Shown one piece after another: positions 1 through 10,155 of a DNA stretch of 64,000 nucleotides. The notes beneath the pieces are model-generated. The model saw nothing but the letters and a program-made list of their open reading frames with translations. It did no database searches and had not been told where the DNA came from. The position numbers and the translations under genes are program-made. The stretch lies in the NCBI GenBank assembly GCA_036918135.1, contig JBALDB010000028.1, positions 192,001-256,000 on the forward strand, given 5' to 3'. The stretch's first letter is position 1, and each line of letters starts with the position of its first letter. This DNA comes from Nostoc sp. GTDB taxonomy: Bacteria; Cyanobacteriota; Cyanobacteriia; Cyanobacteriales; Nostocaceae.

Positions 1-474
1 TTTAACTATCAACAATTACTATTCATTCACAACGGCCAAATTGATAATTTCCGCAAAACATTACATAGAAAAATCCGCAGTACTTTAACTCCCGATTTTT
101 ATGAAATAATTAATGGTACTACTGACTCCGAACACATTTTTGCATTGTTACTTTCACACAATCAAATTAACAAGCATCGACCTCTAGAATATGTTTTACG
201 TACCACATTATTAACGCTCTTAGAGATGGCAAAACGCTATCAAATACAAGCCTCACTCAATGTCATCTTTAGTGACGGACATCGCCTTATAGCCTCTCGC
301 GTTGCTACCAGTTCACCGATGCCATCTCTTTACTGGATACGAGACGATCCGACTTTTCCCAAATCTGTTATCATTGCATCCGAACCTCTATTTATAGGTA
401 ATTGGATTGCTTGTCCAGAAAATAGCATTATTAGTGTCGGAGAAGATTGTGATATCCAGATTGAGCAAATCTAG
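1..474 (+). CDS. egtC: Class II glutamine amidotransferase-like ergothioneine biosynthesis protein (5' end outside window)
   Basis: Frame 1 is open from base 1: FNYQQLLFIHNGQIDNF...INGTTDSEHIF, with C-terminal VIIASEPL. HNG, GTTDSE and ASEPL are GATase-II/EgtC motifs. Confidence 0.8.
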   Translation, partial: FNYQQLLFIHNGQIDNFRKTLHRKIRSTLTPDFYEIINGTTDSEHIFALLLSHNQINKHRPLEYVLRTTLLTLLEMAKRYQIQASLNVIFSDGHRLIASRVATSSPMPSLYWIRDDPTFPKSVIIASEPLFIGNWIACPENSIISVGEDCDIQIEQI

Positions 475-549
475 TGTAAAAGAGGCTATTTTTAAATCAT
501 CCATGTTTTCTATATGTACGAACTTTTTTTAGGCAATCAATGGTAGGAA

Positions 550-2010
550 TTACTTCTTATTCAAGAGGGCAAAATCGTAACCAGTCCCAGAAGAACAACG
601 CTCGCAACGCTCAACTTTGACTAGCAAAGCTTCTCCTTGACGCTCGCCTGAAGGTGAAAACATAATCATTCCTGTAGCTCCAGAAGTTGAAAAATCAGGA
701 TTAGACAGTACTTTTTGCAAGCCTTCGCGGGTGTTATCTCGTTTCAAACCAGTGATAATTACTTGCATCGCATCATAAGCTCCCGCTGTCCTCTGATTTA
801 CCCGTGCATTCCAAAGCCGAAAAGCATTTTCTGCAAATGGATTATTTTTATTTGCATCACGGTGCCAATATACAGGTAATACCATTCCTTCAACATCTTT
901 GCCGTTTTGTAAAGTTGTTGCACTGTACATAATTTCAGAAGCAAACAGTGGTTTTCTGCCTTTAATCTCTTGTGCAACTTTAGTGGCGAAATATATATTT
1001 CTGATTGAAGGTATTAGTAAAAAGCCATTAGCGTTTTCTGTTTCTATAGCTTTATCCACAAAAGCTTTCGGGTCAAAATTTTTATCTGCTAAATTGCAAG
1101 GCGTACTAATAACTTTACTGCCATATTTTTCCAGCGCTTGACTGTACTGTTCTACAAGTACTGGATTAGATGAAGAAGTTGAATTATTTACTGAGCTAAG
1201 ATAATCACCACAAATAGCAATGTTTCTTGCTTGTCGAGCAATATAGCGAGCATGAGTATCTACTAAATTCTCATATAGCGGATTTACATGAAATAAGTAA
1301 TTATTTTTGTCAGTATTCTGCTGACTATTTACTAAATTTTGCTCTAAGTTTTTTGGATTTTCAACTTGAGTGGGGCGCTCTACAGGAAAGACTAATACCA
1401 AACCTTTCTGATTATAAACTGGGGCATCTTGTCTCACACCCACTGTAGCTACAAGGCTCTTATCTTCAACTAATTCATTATCTAGCTTGGGAAAATCTTC
1501 TTGATTTTCAACACTTGCAATTACAACTTGCAATTTCTTTCCATTAATTCCGCCTTGCTGATTAACTTCATTTTGAGCTTGAGCTACGCCACGTAAAATT
1601 TCTTCTGCTAAATTAGCATCAAAGTTAAATGGTGCAATCACAGCAACTTTTAATATTTCTGAATTATCTCGCGCAATTTTTGCATTGTTTAAATAAATTA
1701 AAGTTTCTGGATCGTTGGGATTATTCTTCAAAGATGTAGTAAATTTTTCTACAGCGGTGGAGAAATCTTTTTCTCCAAAAGCTTTAACTCCATCAGTTTT
1801 CTCAGGGGAAGTTTGTAGTTTTACCAAAATCCTTGCACCCAAATTTATTAATGAAGGTTTATTTGGTAATGAAGATGAAGTTGATATGGGGTTTGATGAT
1901 GGTATGATAGTAGAAGAAAGTTTATTAATTAACCAAAAAATAACTGCTACCATTATTCCAGCTATTCCCAAAGAAATAAGCAGTCTCAAGTTTTCTTTTT
2001 TATTTGTCAT
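550..2010 (-). CDS. Membrane-anchored extracellular ligand-binding receptor (type I periplasmic-binding fold) with TPR-like segment
   Basis: N-terminal TM helix; NPNDPETLIYLNNA; LRGVAQAQNEVNQQGGINGKKL; AYDA; GATG motifs typical of this cyanobacterial family. Confidence 0.8.
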   Translation of the reverse strand: MTNKKENLRLLISLGIAGIMVAVIFWLINKLSSTIIPSSNPISTSSSLPNKPSLINLGARILVKLQTSPEKTDGVKAFGEKDFSTAVEKFTTSLKNNPNDPETLIYLNNAKIARDNSEILKVAVIAPFNFDANLAEEILRGVAQAQNEVNQQGGINGKKLQVVIASVENQEDFPKLDNELVEDKSLVATVGVRQDAPVYNQKGLVLVFPVERPTQVENPKNLEQNLVNSQQNTDKNNYLFHVNPLYENLVDTHARYIARQARNIAICGDYLSSVNNSTSSSNPVLVEQYSQALEKYGSKVISTPCNLADKNFDPKAFVDKAIETENANGFLLIPSIRNIYFATKVAQEIKGRKPLFASEIMYSATTLQNGKDVEGMVLPVYWHRDANKNNPFAENAFRLWNARVNQRTAGAYDAMQVIITGLKRDNTREGLQKVLSNPDFSTSGATGMIMFSPSGERQGEALLVKVERCERCSSGTGYDFALLNKK

Positions 2011-2155
2011 GAATAATTCACCAATTTATACAAAGTTGTTAAAAAATGAAGCTAGAGTCATAATTATCAATCAAGAAAGTTAAATAATAAAAGAAATTTG
2101 TCTAAATATATTATAACTGGATGATAATATTAGTGACTTTTTATTGCTAATTTTA

Positions 2156-3520
2156 TTAAAAGTATTGAGAAATAATTTTGTTGATAATTTCAGATATACC
2201 CATAATAATAACTGTCAAAAAACCAGCGAGAAGAATCAGCAAGACTACAAGCAAAAGTCCATTAATTCCAAATTGAAGAAGATTCTGAGTTAGCAAATTT
2301 TTGAAACTTAAGACAACAAGTAAGTTGGCTATAATAGCAATAATAATTAAATAAGTTTTTTCTACTAATGAGCGAGATTGAATAAATACTAACACTCCGA
2401 AAATTAGTAACCATAATCCTGAGCTAATCCAAGTAGTTCCGATAAAACTAATCAGAGCGATCGCTAAGAACGAACTACCACTTCCAGCAATTATTGCTGC
2501 TAACAATAATCTATTATTAGATAATAGTGGTAATCCAGTTGTTTTGTGTTGAACTTGTGGTTGTACTTCTAATAACCGGGAAGGCGAAAGGACTGTAGGA
2601 GGTAATATATGTCTTAAAGTTGGTAAATTGCTCAAATCTTGTAATACAGCCTGTGCAGACTGATAACGCTGTTCGTTATTTTCTTGTAGTAACTTATTAA
2701 TAATTAGCTCTAATTCATGACTTATTTGTTGCTTTAAATGCTGTTGCCAATTAGAAGTCCAACTATAGCCTTGTTTTATCCACAAAGTCGATGGAGAAAT
2801 ATTAGTCAATAAATGAAAGCAAGTTATTCCTAAACTGTAAATATCGCTAGACGGAAAAACTTTACCCAATTGCATTTGCTCGATGGGTGCATAACCTAAT
2901 GAACCAATAATTGTCCCCAGTGCAGTGTTTGAATCCTTCTTTTGCTTTGACACTCCAAAATCAATTAGTACTAACTTTTTATCGCTGTGACGACGAATAA
3001 TATTTTCTGGCTTAATATCTCGATGAATTATCTCCTGTTCGTGTATCGCTACCAGTATAGATAATAAATCATTTAAAAAATATCGAATCTTAGCTTCATC
3101 AAAAACCCCCTGCTGTTTTAACTCCTGTAACAGATTTTCTCCATCGATAAATTGCTGCACTAAATATAGATATTCACCTTCCTTAAAATATGCATATAAA
3201 TTGGGAATTTGTGGATGTTGCCCTAGTTCTCTGAGACGTTTAGCCTCTCGCTCAAACAACTCAGTTGCTTTTTTATGGGTGTCAGTACCTTGAGAGCTAT
3301 AAAATTGACTTAAAACTAATTGCTTAACAACACATTGTTCATTGAGCTTGTCTATATCTTCTGCGATATATGTGCGTGCAAACCCTCCTCTTCCTAATGG
3401 TGCGCTAATCTGATAACGATTTCTCAGCAGGGGTATCAACTTTGTCCCGCAACTGAGACAAAAATTTGTTCCGTCAGAATTTTGGGGATTCTCGCAATTA
3501 GGATTTAGGCAGCAGATCAT
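2156..3520 (-). CDS. Ser/Thr protein kinase with N-terminal 4-Cys motif and C-terminal TM helices
   Basis: CLNPNC...FCLSCG; LGRGGFARTY; HRDIKPEN; DFG; GYAPIEQ; hydrophobic C-terminus. Confidence 0.93.
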   Translation of the reverse strand: MICCLNPNCENPQNSDGTNFCLSCGTKLIPLLRNRYQISAPLGRGGFARTYIAEDIDKLNEQCVVKQLVLSQFYSSQGTDTHKKATELFEREAKRLRELGQHPQIPNLYAYFKEGEYLYLVQQFIDGENLLQELKQQGVFDEAKIRYFLNDLLSILVAIHEQEIIHRDIKPENIIRRHSDKKLVLIDFGVSKQKKDSNTALGTIIGSLGYAPIEQMQLGKVFPSSDIYSLGITCFHLLTNISPSTLWIKQGYSWTSNWQQHLKQQISHELELIINKLLQENNEQRYQSAQAVLQDLSNLPTLRHILPPTVLSPSRLLEVQPQVQHKTTGLPLLSNNRLLLAAIIAGSGSSFLAIALISFIGTTWISSGLWLLIFGVLVFIQSRSLVEKTYLIIIAIIANLLVVLSFKNLLTQNLLQFGINGLLLVVLLILLAGFLTVIIMGISEIINKIISQYF

Positions 3521-3962
3521 AATAATTATTTTATCGCTGTCATTTGATTAATTTTTAAAATATATCTTAAATTTATACCGGTTCTTCAGTAGAAACTTTG
3601 TGCTGCAACGTTTCTATATGAATAACAGATCGCACTCTTGCTTATTCATCAACCCAGACAAGCACAACCACCTGCTCAAACAGATTGCCTGTAATCGATA
3701 CCAAGATTAATGTCTACTAGTTAATAAATAGCCTGATAAACTAACTTGCTGCTAACAGAAGCTTTTTTCTCATCCCATTCACGTCGTAATTACCGTACAT
3801 CCGTCATTGTCACCTCGATCCAACTCTCCGCAATTGTGACAATTACGCTAGAATTATTAAAGGTTCTTTACAGAATTTGCCGTTCGCTCCCAATTCTGTT
3901 ACAAAAGCCTAGCATTCAAATGTAAATCTAAAAACCCCCTGTAAAGTTCACCAAAAGCTTCT

Positions 3963-5753
3963 ATGACGCTCCCAATTCGCAACGTCGCCATTATCGCCCA
4001 CGTTGACCACGGCAAAACTACCCTGGTTGATGCGCTCCTCAAACAGTCCGGCATTTTCCGTGAAGGTGAAGACGTTCCGGATTGCGTTATGGACTCCAAC
4101 GCCCTAGAACGGGAGCGGGGAATTACAATCTTATCTAAAAACACAGCGGTTCGCTACAAAGAAACGCTGATTAATATTGTTGATACACCTGGACACGCTG
4201 ACTTCGGTGGCGAAGTAGAACGAGTACTCGGCATGGTTGACGGATGTCTTCTGATTGTCGATGCTAACGAAGGCCCCATGCCTCAAACCCGCTTTGTACT
4301 CAAAAAAGCTTTAGAAAAAGGACTGCGCCCCATTGTTGTCGTCAACAAAATCGACCGTCCCCAAGCCGATCCTTACGGTGCAATTGATAAAGTATTGGAT
4401 CTGTTCTTGGAATTAGGCGCAGATGAAGACCAATGTGATTTTACCTATCTGTTTGCCTCCGGTCTGGCAGGTTACGCCAAAAAAGACTTGGATACAGAAG
4501 CAGTAGACATGCAGCCTTTATTTGAAGCGATTCTCCAGCATGTTCCACCACCTGTAGGCGACATCAATAAGCCTTTGCAATTACAAGTCACAACCCTGGA
4601 TTATTCTGAATATCTCGGACGAATTGTGATTGGCAGGATTCACAACGGTGTAATTCGCGCCGGACAACAAGCAGCACTGGTTACAGAAAGTGGCAAGATT
4701 GTTAAGTCTAAAATCAGTAAGTTGCTAGGTTTTGAAGGGCTAAAGCGGGTGGAGATGGAAGAAGCATCCGCAGGTTATATTGTGGCTGTTGCTGGTTTTG
4801 CAGATGCCAACATTGGCGAAACAATTACAGACCCCAATGAACCGCAAGCTCTGCCATTAATTAAAGTAGATGAGCCAACCTTGCAAATGACCTTCTCAGT
4901 GAACGATTCACCTTTTGCAGGTCAAGAAGGCAAGTTGGTGACATCAAGACAAGTGCGCGATCGCTTGTTTCGCGAATTAGAAACCAACGTTGCTTTACGG
5001 GTTGAAGAAACCGATTCTCCTGATAAATTCCTCGTTTCCGGTCGTGGCGAATTGCACTTGGGTATCTTAATTGAAACCATGCGCCGCGAAGGCTTCGAGT
5101 TTCAAGTATCTCAGCCACAGGTAATTTACCGCGAAGTTAACGGTCAACCTTGCGAACCTTATGAACTATTGGTGTTAGATGTACCTGCTGATGCTGTGGG
5201 TAGCTGTATCGAACGCCTGGGACAACGCAAAGGTGAAATGCAAGATATGCAACCGGGTAGTGGCGATCGCACTCAGTTAGAGTTTGTCATCCCCGCCCGT
5301 GGTTTGATTGGTTTCCGAGGTGAATTCATGCGGATGACTCGTGGTGAAGGTATCATGAACCACAGTTTTCTAGACTACCGTCAACTCAGTGGTGACATTG
5401 AAGCCCGTAACAAAGGCGTTTTAATCTCCTTTGAAGAAGGCGTTGCTACCTTCTACGCCATGAGGAATGCCGAAGACAGAGGATCGTTCTTTATCACTCC
5501 TGGTACTAAAGTTTACAGAGGTATGATTGTAGGCGAACACAATCGTCCTCAAGACTTGGAACTGAATGTCTGTAAAACCAAGCAGCTAACCAACCACCGC
5601 GCTGCTGGTGGTGATGAACTAGTGCAGTTGCAAGCACCAATAGAAATGAGCCTAGAACGTGCTTTAGAGTACATCGGGCCAGATGAATTAGTGGAAGTTA
5701 CACCGCAATCGATTCGTCTGCGGAAGATGGCGAAGAAGTTAGCGAAACGGTAA
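3963..5753 (+). CDS. typA: Translational GTPase TypA/BipA
   Basis: [44 protein letters not shown]; 596 aa. Confidence 0.98.
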   Translation: MTLPIRNVAIIAHVDHGKTTLVDALLKQSGIFREGEDVPDCVMDSNALERERGITILSKNTAVRYKETLINIVDTPGHADFGGEVERVLGMVDGCLLIVDANEGPMPQTRFVLKKALEKGLRPIVVVNKIDRPQADPYGAIDKVLDLFLELGADEDQCDFTYLFASGLAGYAKKDLDTEAVDMQPLFEAILQHVPPPVGDINKPLQLQVTTLDYSEYLGRIVIGRIHNGVIRAGQQAALVTESGKIVKSKISKLLGFEGLKRVEMEEASAGYIVAVAGFADANIGETITDPNEPQALPLIKVDEPTLQMTFSVNDSPFAGQEGKLVTSRQVRDRLFRELETNVALRVEETDSPDKFLVSGRGELHLGILIETMRREGFEFQVSQPQVIYREVNGQPCEPYELLVLDVPADAVGSCIERLGQRKGEMQDMQPGSGDRTQLEFVIPARGLIGFRGEFMRMTRGEGIMNHSFLDYRQLSGDIEARNKGVLISFEEGVATFYAMRNAEDRGSFFITPGTKVYRGMIVGEHNRPQDLELNVCKTKQLTNHRAAGGDELVQLQAPIEMSLERALEYIGPDELVEVTPQSIRLRKMAKKLAKR

Positions 5754-5777
5754 GTAAAACCATAACTTAATTAGTTT

Positions 5778-5810
5778 AAAAAGCCTACATCAGTGGGCTT
5801 TTTATTTTTT
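5778..5810 (+). terminator. Rho-independent terminator of typA
   Basis: AAAAAGCCTAC-ATCA-GTGGGCTTTTT hairpin followed by a T-tract, 25 nt after the stop. Confidence 0.75.
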
Positions 5811-5822
5811 ATTACAAAAATT

Positions 5823-6170
5823 ATGGCTAAAATTGTCCTAGATAGCCCAGTAGTAGCCACATGACAAGTCTAAAACTACTTTAGTAGAAAGCTCGAAAAT
5901 CTCCGTCTTTACCAGGAATTTCAAGAAATTGGTTTTGATTACATCCTCAATCCAAACACTGGTGAACTACATCGTGTCGGTTGGGATGGTTTTTGGGGTT
6001 CCCATAACCTTGCGTATGCAGATCTGAGTAACTTTATTGGTCTTACTAATGTTGGGGTTGTTCCAGTTCACATTTTTCGTGATGGGAAAAGTCTTCCAAT
6101 ATACGACCTGGAGACTGGCGAACTTATTGCAAATTATGTTCTCAATAAATGCCAATACTGCTTTTCATAG
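5823..6170 (+). pseudogene. Interrupted 115-codon gene with C-terminal CxxC
   Basis: Manual translation: MAKIVLDSPVVAT*QV*NYFSRKLENLRLYQEF...YILNPNTGELHRV...NKCQYCFS*. Two early in-frame stops in an otherwise open frame. Confidence 0.55.
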
Positions 6171-6223
6171 TAGGTCGGATTCCTAAGCATTGAGCTTACA
6201 TAAGTATGTAGGCTGGCAGTTAT

Positions 6224-6601
6224 ATGTACCGGATAGTTAATATGGCAAGCAAGATGATCAGATTCGTTTATAACAATAAGACAAAAAAGCTTGAACCTAA
6301 AGAAGTTGGATGGATTAACTTTTTAAATCCTTTGACTCCATATATGGATTTATGGGAAGGAATTAAATATATTGTGGATCGTTTCAGTTCACCAGGTAGT
6401 TTATCTCAAGACGATGCTGAGAATATAAAAAAGATCCTTGAGGAAGGACGTAATCAAAAAGTTGACGAAATGGAAATTGAGATGAGTCGTGATATTGCTA
6501 CTGGTCTTAGCATAAATGGTATAGAGGGTGCTGACATTACATTTGGAAGTAAAGGAAAAACCAAGTATGTTATGAAAATTAAATATAAATATGATGACTA
6601 A
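6224..6601 (+). CDS. Hypothetical protein
   Basis: 125-aa AT-rich ORF with no recognised motif; start may be 6242. Confidence 0.6.
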   Translation: MYRIVNMASKMIRFVYNNKTKKLEPKEVGWINFLNPLTPYMDLWEGIKYIVDRFSSPGSLSQDDAENIKKILEEGRNQKVDEMEIEMSRDIATGLSINGIEGADITFGSKGKTKYVMKIKYKYDD

Positions 6602-6659
6602 ATAGACTTCCCACTTAAGTCAATTTTTTACTGGAGATGGCACAGCCTAACAAATCAAT

Positions 6660-6784
6660 TATTTTACCAGCCTAATCGGTTACCAGATTTGTTAAGAGGC
6701 CAAGATATATTACCAGTGTTAGAAGATATGAATCTCACACTCTCTGTTGATGAAATTTTTGCTTGGTCACAGCGGAAAAATTGA
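6660..6784 (+). pseudogene. C-terminal remnant of a Uma2-family endonuclease
   Basis: Translates YQPNRLPDLLRGQDILPVLEDMNLTLSVDEIFAWSQRKN*, resembling cyanobacterial Uma2 C-termini; no N-terminal part. Confidence 0.55.
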
Positions 6785-6940
6785 CATTATTCCTTTTGAG
6801 TCGGCGATGCAATTACTATCCAACAGGCATTCTTACAGAAAGCGATCGCCAATTATCACCATAGAATTACAGTTGTAAGTCACTGATCGCAAGCACCGCA
6901 GTTCTTGAGGCGCATGGTGAAAATCCAGTAAAATCAAGGT

Positions 6941-7234
6941 ATGAAATTCGAGTGGGATGAGCAAAAGAATCAAGCAAATATTGCAAAGCATGGACTTGAT
7001 TTTGCAGACACGCCCAGAATGTTCAATCTACCACTCCGTATTTCTCTAGATGAACGTCAAGACTATGGCGAGGATCGATGGATTGGACTGGGAATACTTG
7101 ATGGGCGTGTTGTAGTTGTAGTTTTTACAGAACCAGACGAGCAAACAATCCGAATTATTTCACTTCGCAAAGCTCTGCCTTATGAACGAAAACGCTATGA
7201 ACAATTCCTCAAAGACGAACTGGGACAAAGTTGA
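6941..7234 (+). CDS. BrnT-family toxin
   Basis: MKFEWDEQKNQANIAKHGLDF...YGEDRW...IRIISLRKA. Confidence 0.93.
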   Translation: MKFEWDEQKNQANIAKHGLDFADTPRMFNLPLRISLDERQDYGEDRWIGLGILDGRVVVVVFTEPDEQTIRIISLRKALPYERKRYEQFLKDELGQS

Positions 7235-7448
7235 CTCCCTCACAGAGGATGAAATCGATACATCTGATATTCCTCCGTTAACCGAGGAGTTTTTCGATAA
7301 GTCACGGTGGTGGAAACCTGTAACACCAATGAATGTTCTTGTCCAAGTAGATCCCGACACGCTGGCCTGGTTCCAATCTCAAGGTGAGGATTATGAAAAG
7401 AAAATGGCTGCGGCACTACGGATTTATGCAGAGGCTCACAAGGTGTAG
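7197..7448 (+). CDS. BrnA-family antitoxin
   Basis: SKTNWDKVDSL..EIDTSDIPPL..VDPDTLAWFQSQG; overlaps the toxin 3' end (alternative start 7182). Confidence 0.88.
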   Translation: MNNSSKTNWDKVDSLTEDEIDTSDIPPLTEEFFDKSRWWKPVTPMNVLVQVDPDTLAWFQSQGEDYEKKMAAALRIYAEAHKV

Positions 7449-7492
7449 TCTTAAAACTAATCTCATTAGCAGAATGTTATCTGAATAAACAA

Positions 7493-7789
7493 GTGCCTCG
7501 CAGTGATATTGACCGTATCAGAGAAAACATTAGACTCCGCCAATACGACATGTCAGCCCATGCAATGGAAGAAATGGCTGAGGATATGCTGACAATTTTA
7601 GATGTGGAAGAGGCTGTTCTGACAGGTCAAGTCATCCGGGTTGAAAAAGACGATCCCAGAGGAACAAAATATATAGTAGTGGGAACTGCATTAGATCGAC
7701 AAACGCCTGTTGGGATTGTTGGGCGTTTCGCAAGTAGCGGACGTTATCTAATTATCACTGTTTATGAAGTCACAGAAGCTCAAGGTTAG
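7493..7789 (+). CDS. DUF4258-domain protein (putative toxin)
   Basis: SAHAMEEMAED...IITVYE motifs; GTG start. Confidence 0.82.
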   Translation: MPRSDIDRIRENIRLRQYDMSAHAMEEMAEDMLTILDVEEAVLTGQVIRVEKDDPRGTKYIVVGTALDRQTPVGIVGRFASSGRYLIITVYEVTEAQG

Positions 7790-7793
7790 TCGT

Positions 7794-8036
7794 ATGTATG
7801 GATATAGATGCGAGTATTGTGAAGGAACCGTTCAACCCCGAACTGTTAAGCGCGAGGCATTTAAACATAGAGATGGATTTGTCATTCTCGAAGATGTGAC
7901 CATTGGTGTTTGTGATACCTGTGGTAATCGCTACTACAGTGCCGATATTCTGCATGTGGTTCATGCTGTTGCAACTGGAGCCAAACCCCCTGAAAGAACC
8001 GAACAAATTCCGGTCACTCATGTAGAATCAGCATAA
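7794..8036 (+). CDS. YgiT/MqsA-type zinc-finger protein (putative antitoxin)
   Basis: CEYCEG...VCDTCGNRYY, directly downstream of the DUF4258 gene. Confidence 0.82.
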   Translation: MYGYRCEYCEGTVQPRTVKREAFKHRDGFVILEDVTIGVCDTCGNRYYSADILHVVHAVATGAKPPERTEQIPVTHVESA

Positions 8037-8192
8037 TTAGCGCCGCGTAACTTGAGATCCTTGAGTTATCGCTTATGTTCGTTTTTTTCTTTGTGAATTA
8101 TATCAATATCAAGCTACGATGATCAGCGATCGCTTTCGTGTATAGCAGTTTTTATTTAGATGAAATACGCTTCAACCCCTCCCCACAAGCGG

Positions 8193-8366
8193 CTACTGTG
8201 TACACACAAGTTTTATAAAGTTGCTGCGTAGCGTAACGTGAGTGAATTTTTATAAGCCGATGCATTAACAGTGTAGGTCAATGCATTAGCAGTGTAGGTC
8301 GATGCATTAACAGTGCAGGTCGATGCATTAGCAGTGCAGGTCAACACAGTTGTGTGTACACCGTAG
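8193..8366. mobile_element. MITE-like element with terminal inverted repeats and probable target duplication
   Basis: CTACTGTGTACACACAA ... TTGTGTGTACACCGTAG (1 mismatch); flanks CCACAAGCGG and CCACAAGCAA. Confidence 0.7.
8258..8344. repeat. 21-bp tandem repeat x4 inside the MITE
   Basis: C(G/A)ATGCATTA(A/G)CAGTG(T/C)AGGT repeated four times. Confidence 0.9.
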
Positions 8367-8475
8367 CCACAAGCAAACAGGGGAGGTTTGCGTAAGCAAA
8401 TGTCTGGTGGGGTGACGACTGTATCGCAACGAACTATATAACCGCTATAATTCTAGATTTTCAATACACTAACAG

Positions 8476-9564
8476 TTAAGTCCAATATAAAATATTCGCA
8501 TTTGGGAAGCGATTTAGAATTTCAGCTTCAAAAAAGCGTTTCATTGTCTTGGTTATATCAGCATCATAAACATACTTAATGCCGCCAAACTTATTGCGCT
8601 TCATACGGCGTTTTTCCTCATCCATATCTAGTTTGGATTGCGGATACCAAGTCTGTAAAACTTCTTTTGAGCCAGGTGTAAAACGATGTGAAATTAGCTC
8701 AAAAGTCAAGTCACAATTGAAATCAAGTGCTTCGCTAATTGAGTCAAACAATCGACTGTAGTGTAGCTGCCAATCATCTATAGGCATAATCGGTGCAATC
8801 ACTAATCCTATAGGATAGTTGCCACCACCTTTGTCTGATGGTAAAGCTAACTTACGCAACGCCTTCAGCCGCGCTGCTACAGATGCTGTACCGCCTTCAA
8901 ACCTTCCCGAAACAGGTGCAGCATTGACGCTCATCCGGCATTGAGTGTGACCATTGTGAGGTAAATCGAGTAAGCTATCTACCGCATCAAACTTTGACAC
9001 CCAGCGTAAATTTGCATTTTTCCGAGTACCAAAAAAACGGATACACTCAGCAAGGCTACCCGTTAAATGCTCAATACTTATTGGGTCAGTGTAGCAACTA
9101 ACCTCATAAGTTGTTATTTGTTCTGGTCGTTCGTAGGCAGTTAAGTTTTCTAAAATTTGCGGTAAGTTAGCAAAAGTGCGAATAACTGGCGGGCCTGATA
9201 AACTACCAGCCAAATAACAGTATTGGCAGTGTCCCGGACAACCCTCAGCAATGTGAAATTGCCAGTCAGCCGAAGGTGGGATCGGACTAAGCTTAAAGTG
9301 GCTAGGTGGTGCAGTGACAACTGCCAGAGTACGCTTAGCAAGATTGTAAGTCTCGCGTTCATTTTCACCACGCAAGCCAGTCAGACGGTTACGCGGTAAC
9401 TCTTTTATTGGTAAGTTAAGTGACTGCACGCGCTCAAAAATCTTTTGTCCCCAAGGCTCATCCAAAGCAGCAGGAGTAAACATGACCTCTTGAGGCATCC
9501 ACAACCTTGTTGGTTGTGTTAGTAGGTCTGTTTTTGAAATGAGGTCTTTCATATTATTGAGCAA
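8476..9564 (-). CDS. Spore photoproduct lyase-family radical SAM protein
   Basis: AEGCPGHCQYCYL CxxxCxxC; SCYTDP, VSKF, IAPIM, ISHRFT and KFGGIKYVY match SplB-like proteins. Confidence 0.88.
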   Translation of the reverse strand: MLNNMKDLISKTDLLTQPTRLWMPQEVMFTPAALDEPWGQKIFERVQSLNLPIKELPRNRLTGLRGENERETYNLAKRTLAVVTAPPSHFKLSPIPPSADWQFHIAEGCPGHCQYCYLAGSLSGPPVIRTFANLPQILENLTAYERPEQITTYEVSCYTDPISIEHLTGSLAECIRFFGTRKNANLRWVSKFDAVDSLLDLPHNGHTQCRMSVNAAPVSGRFEGGTASVAARLKALRKLALPSDKGGGNYPIGLVIAPIMPIDDWQLHYSRLFDSISEALDFNCDLTFELISHRFTPGSKEVLQTWYPQSKLDMDEEKRRMKRNKFGGIKYVYDADITKTMKRFFEAEILNRFPNANILYWT

Positions 9565-9997
9565 AATAGCTGTGCGTTATCTTTATGACTGATATCTGCA
9601 ATTAGTTCTCTACTAATTTATACAACGATTTTTTGATATATTAGGACTGTCATAACTCTATTTTAAAATCACAATTAAGAATTTCTAGCTATCGATGAGC
9701 GGATGTTACTCAAAAAAGAGTAGTAGTTTCCCTCACCTTCTATCTGTTCCAATATTAAAATTATCTATCTAAGCAACAACTATTTAATACTTAAGATAGA
9801 AGCTAAAAATTTAGTATGGTTAACCTTAGTACTAAAGACAGATTTTTTATTTTTTAACCACTACTTAACCTAAAAATAAAAGAAGTTTACTATCTTTAGG
9901 TTTATTTTTAATTTATATAAAAAATAGCAAGTATTTTAAGTACATTAAGTACTAATTTGTAACCAATTGTCAAAAAAATGAATAAAACTTTTGTTTA

Positions 9998-10108
9998 GCC
10001 GAAAAAGGACATCGTGGCTACTTAGTAGAATATGAAAAAACAGAGGCAATCTTTAACAATCCTCAAGAGCAAGCAACTAAAAATTATCTAAGTGGTCAGT
10101 TTGGATAA
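9998..10108 (+). pseudogene. pstB: Orphan 3' end of phosphate ABC transporter ATPase gene
   Basis: Translates [36 protein letters not shown], the characteristic PstB C-terminus; the rest of the gene is absent. Confidence 0.7.
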
Positions 10109-10155
10109 TTTAGCAATAAGTAATTGTTACCTATTTTCACAAAAAATATAAACCG

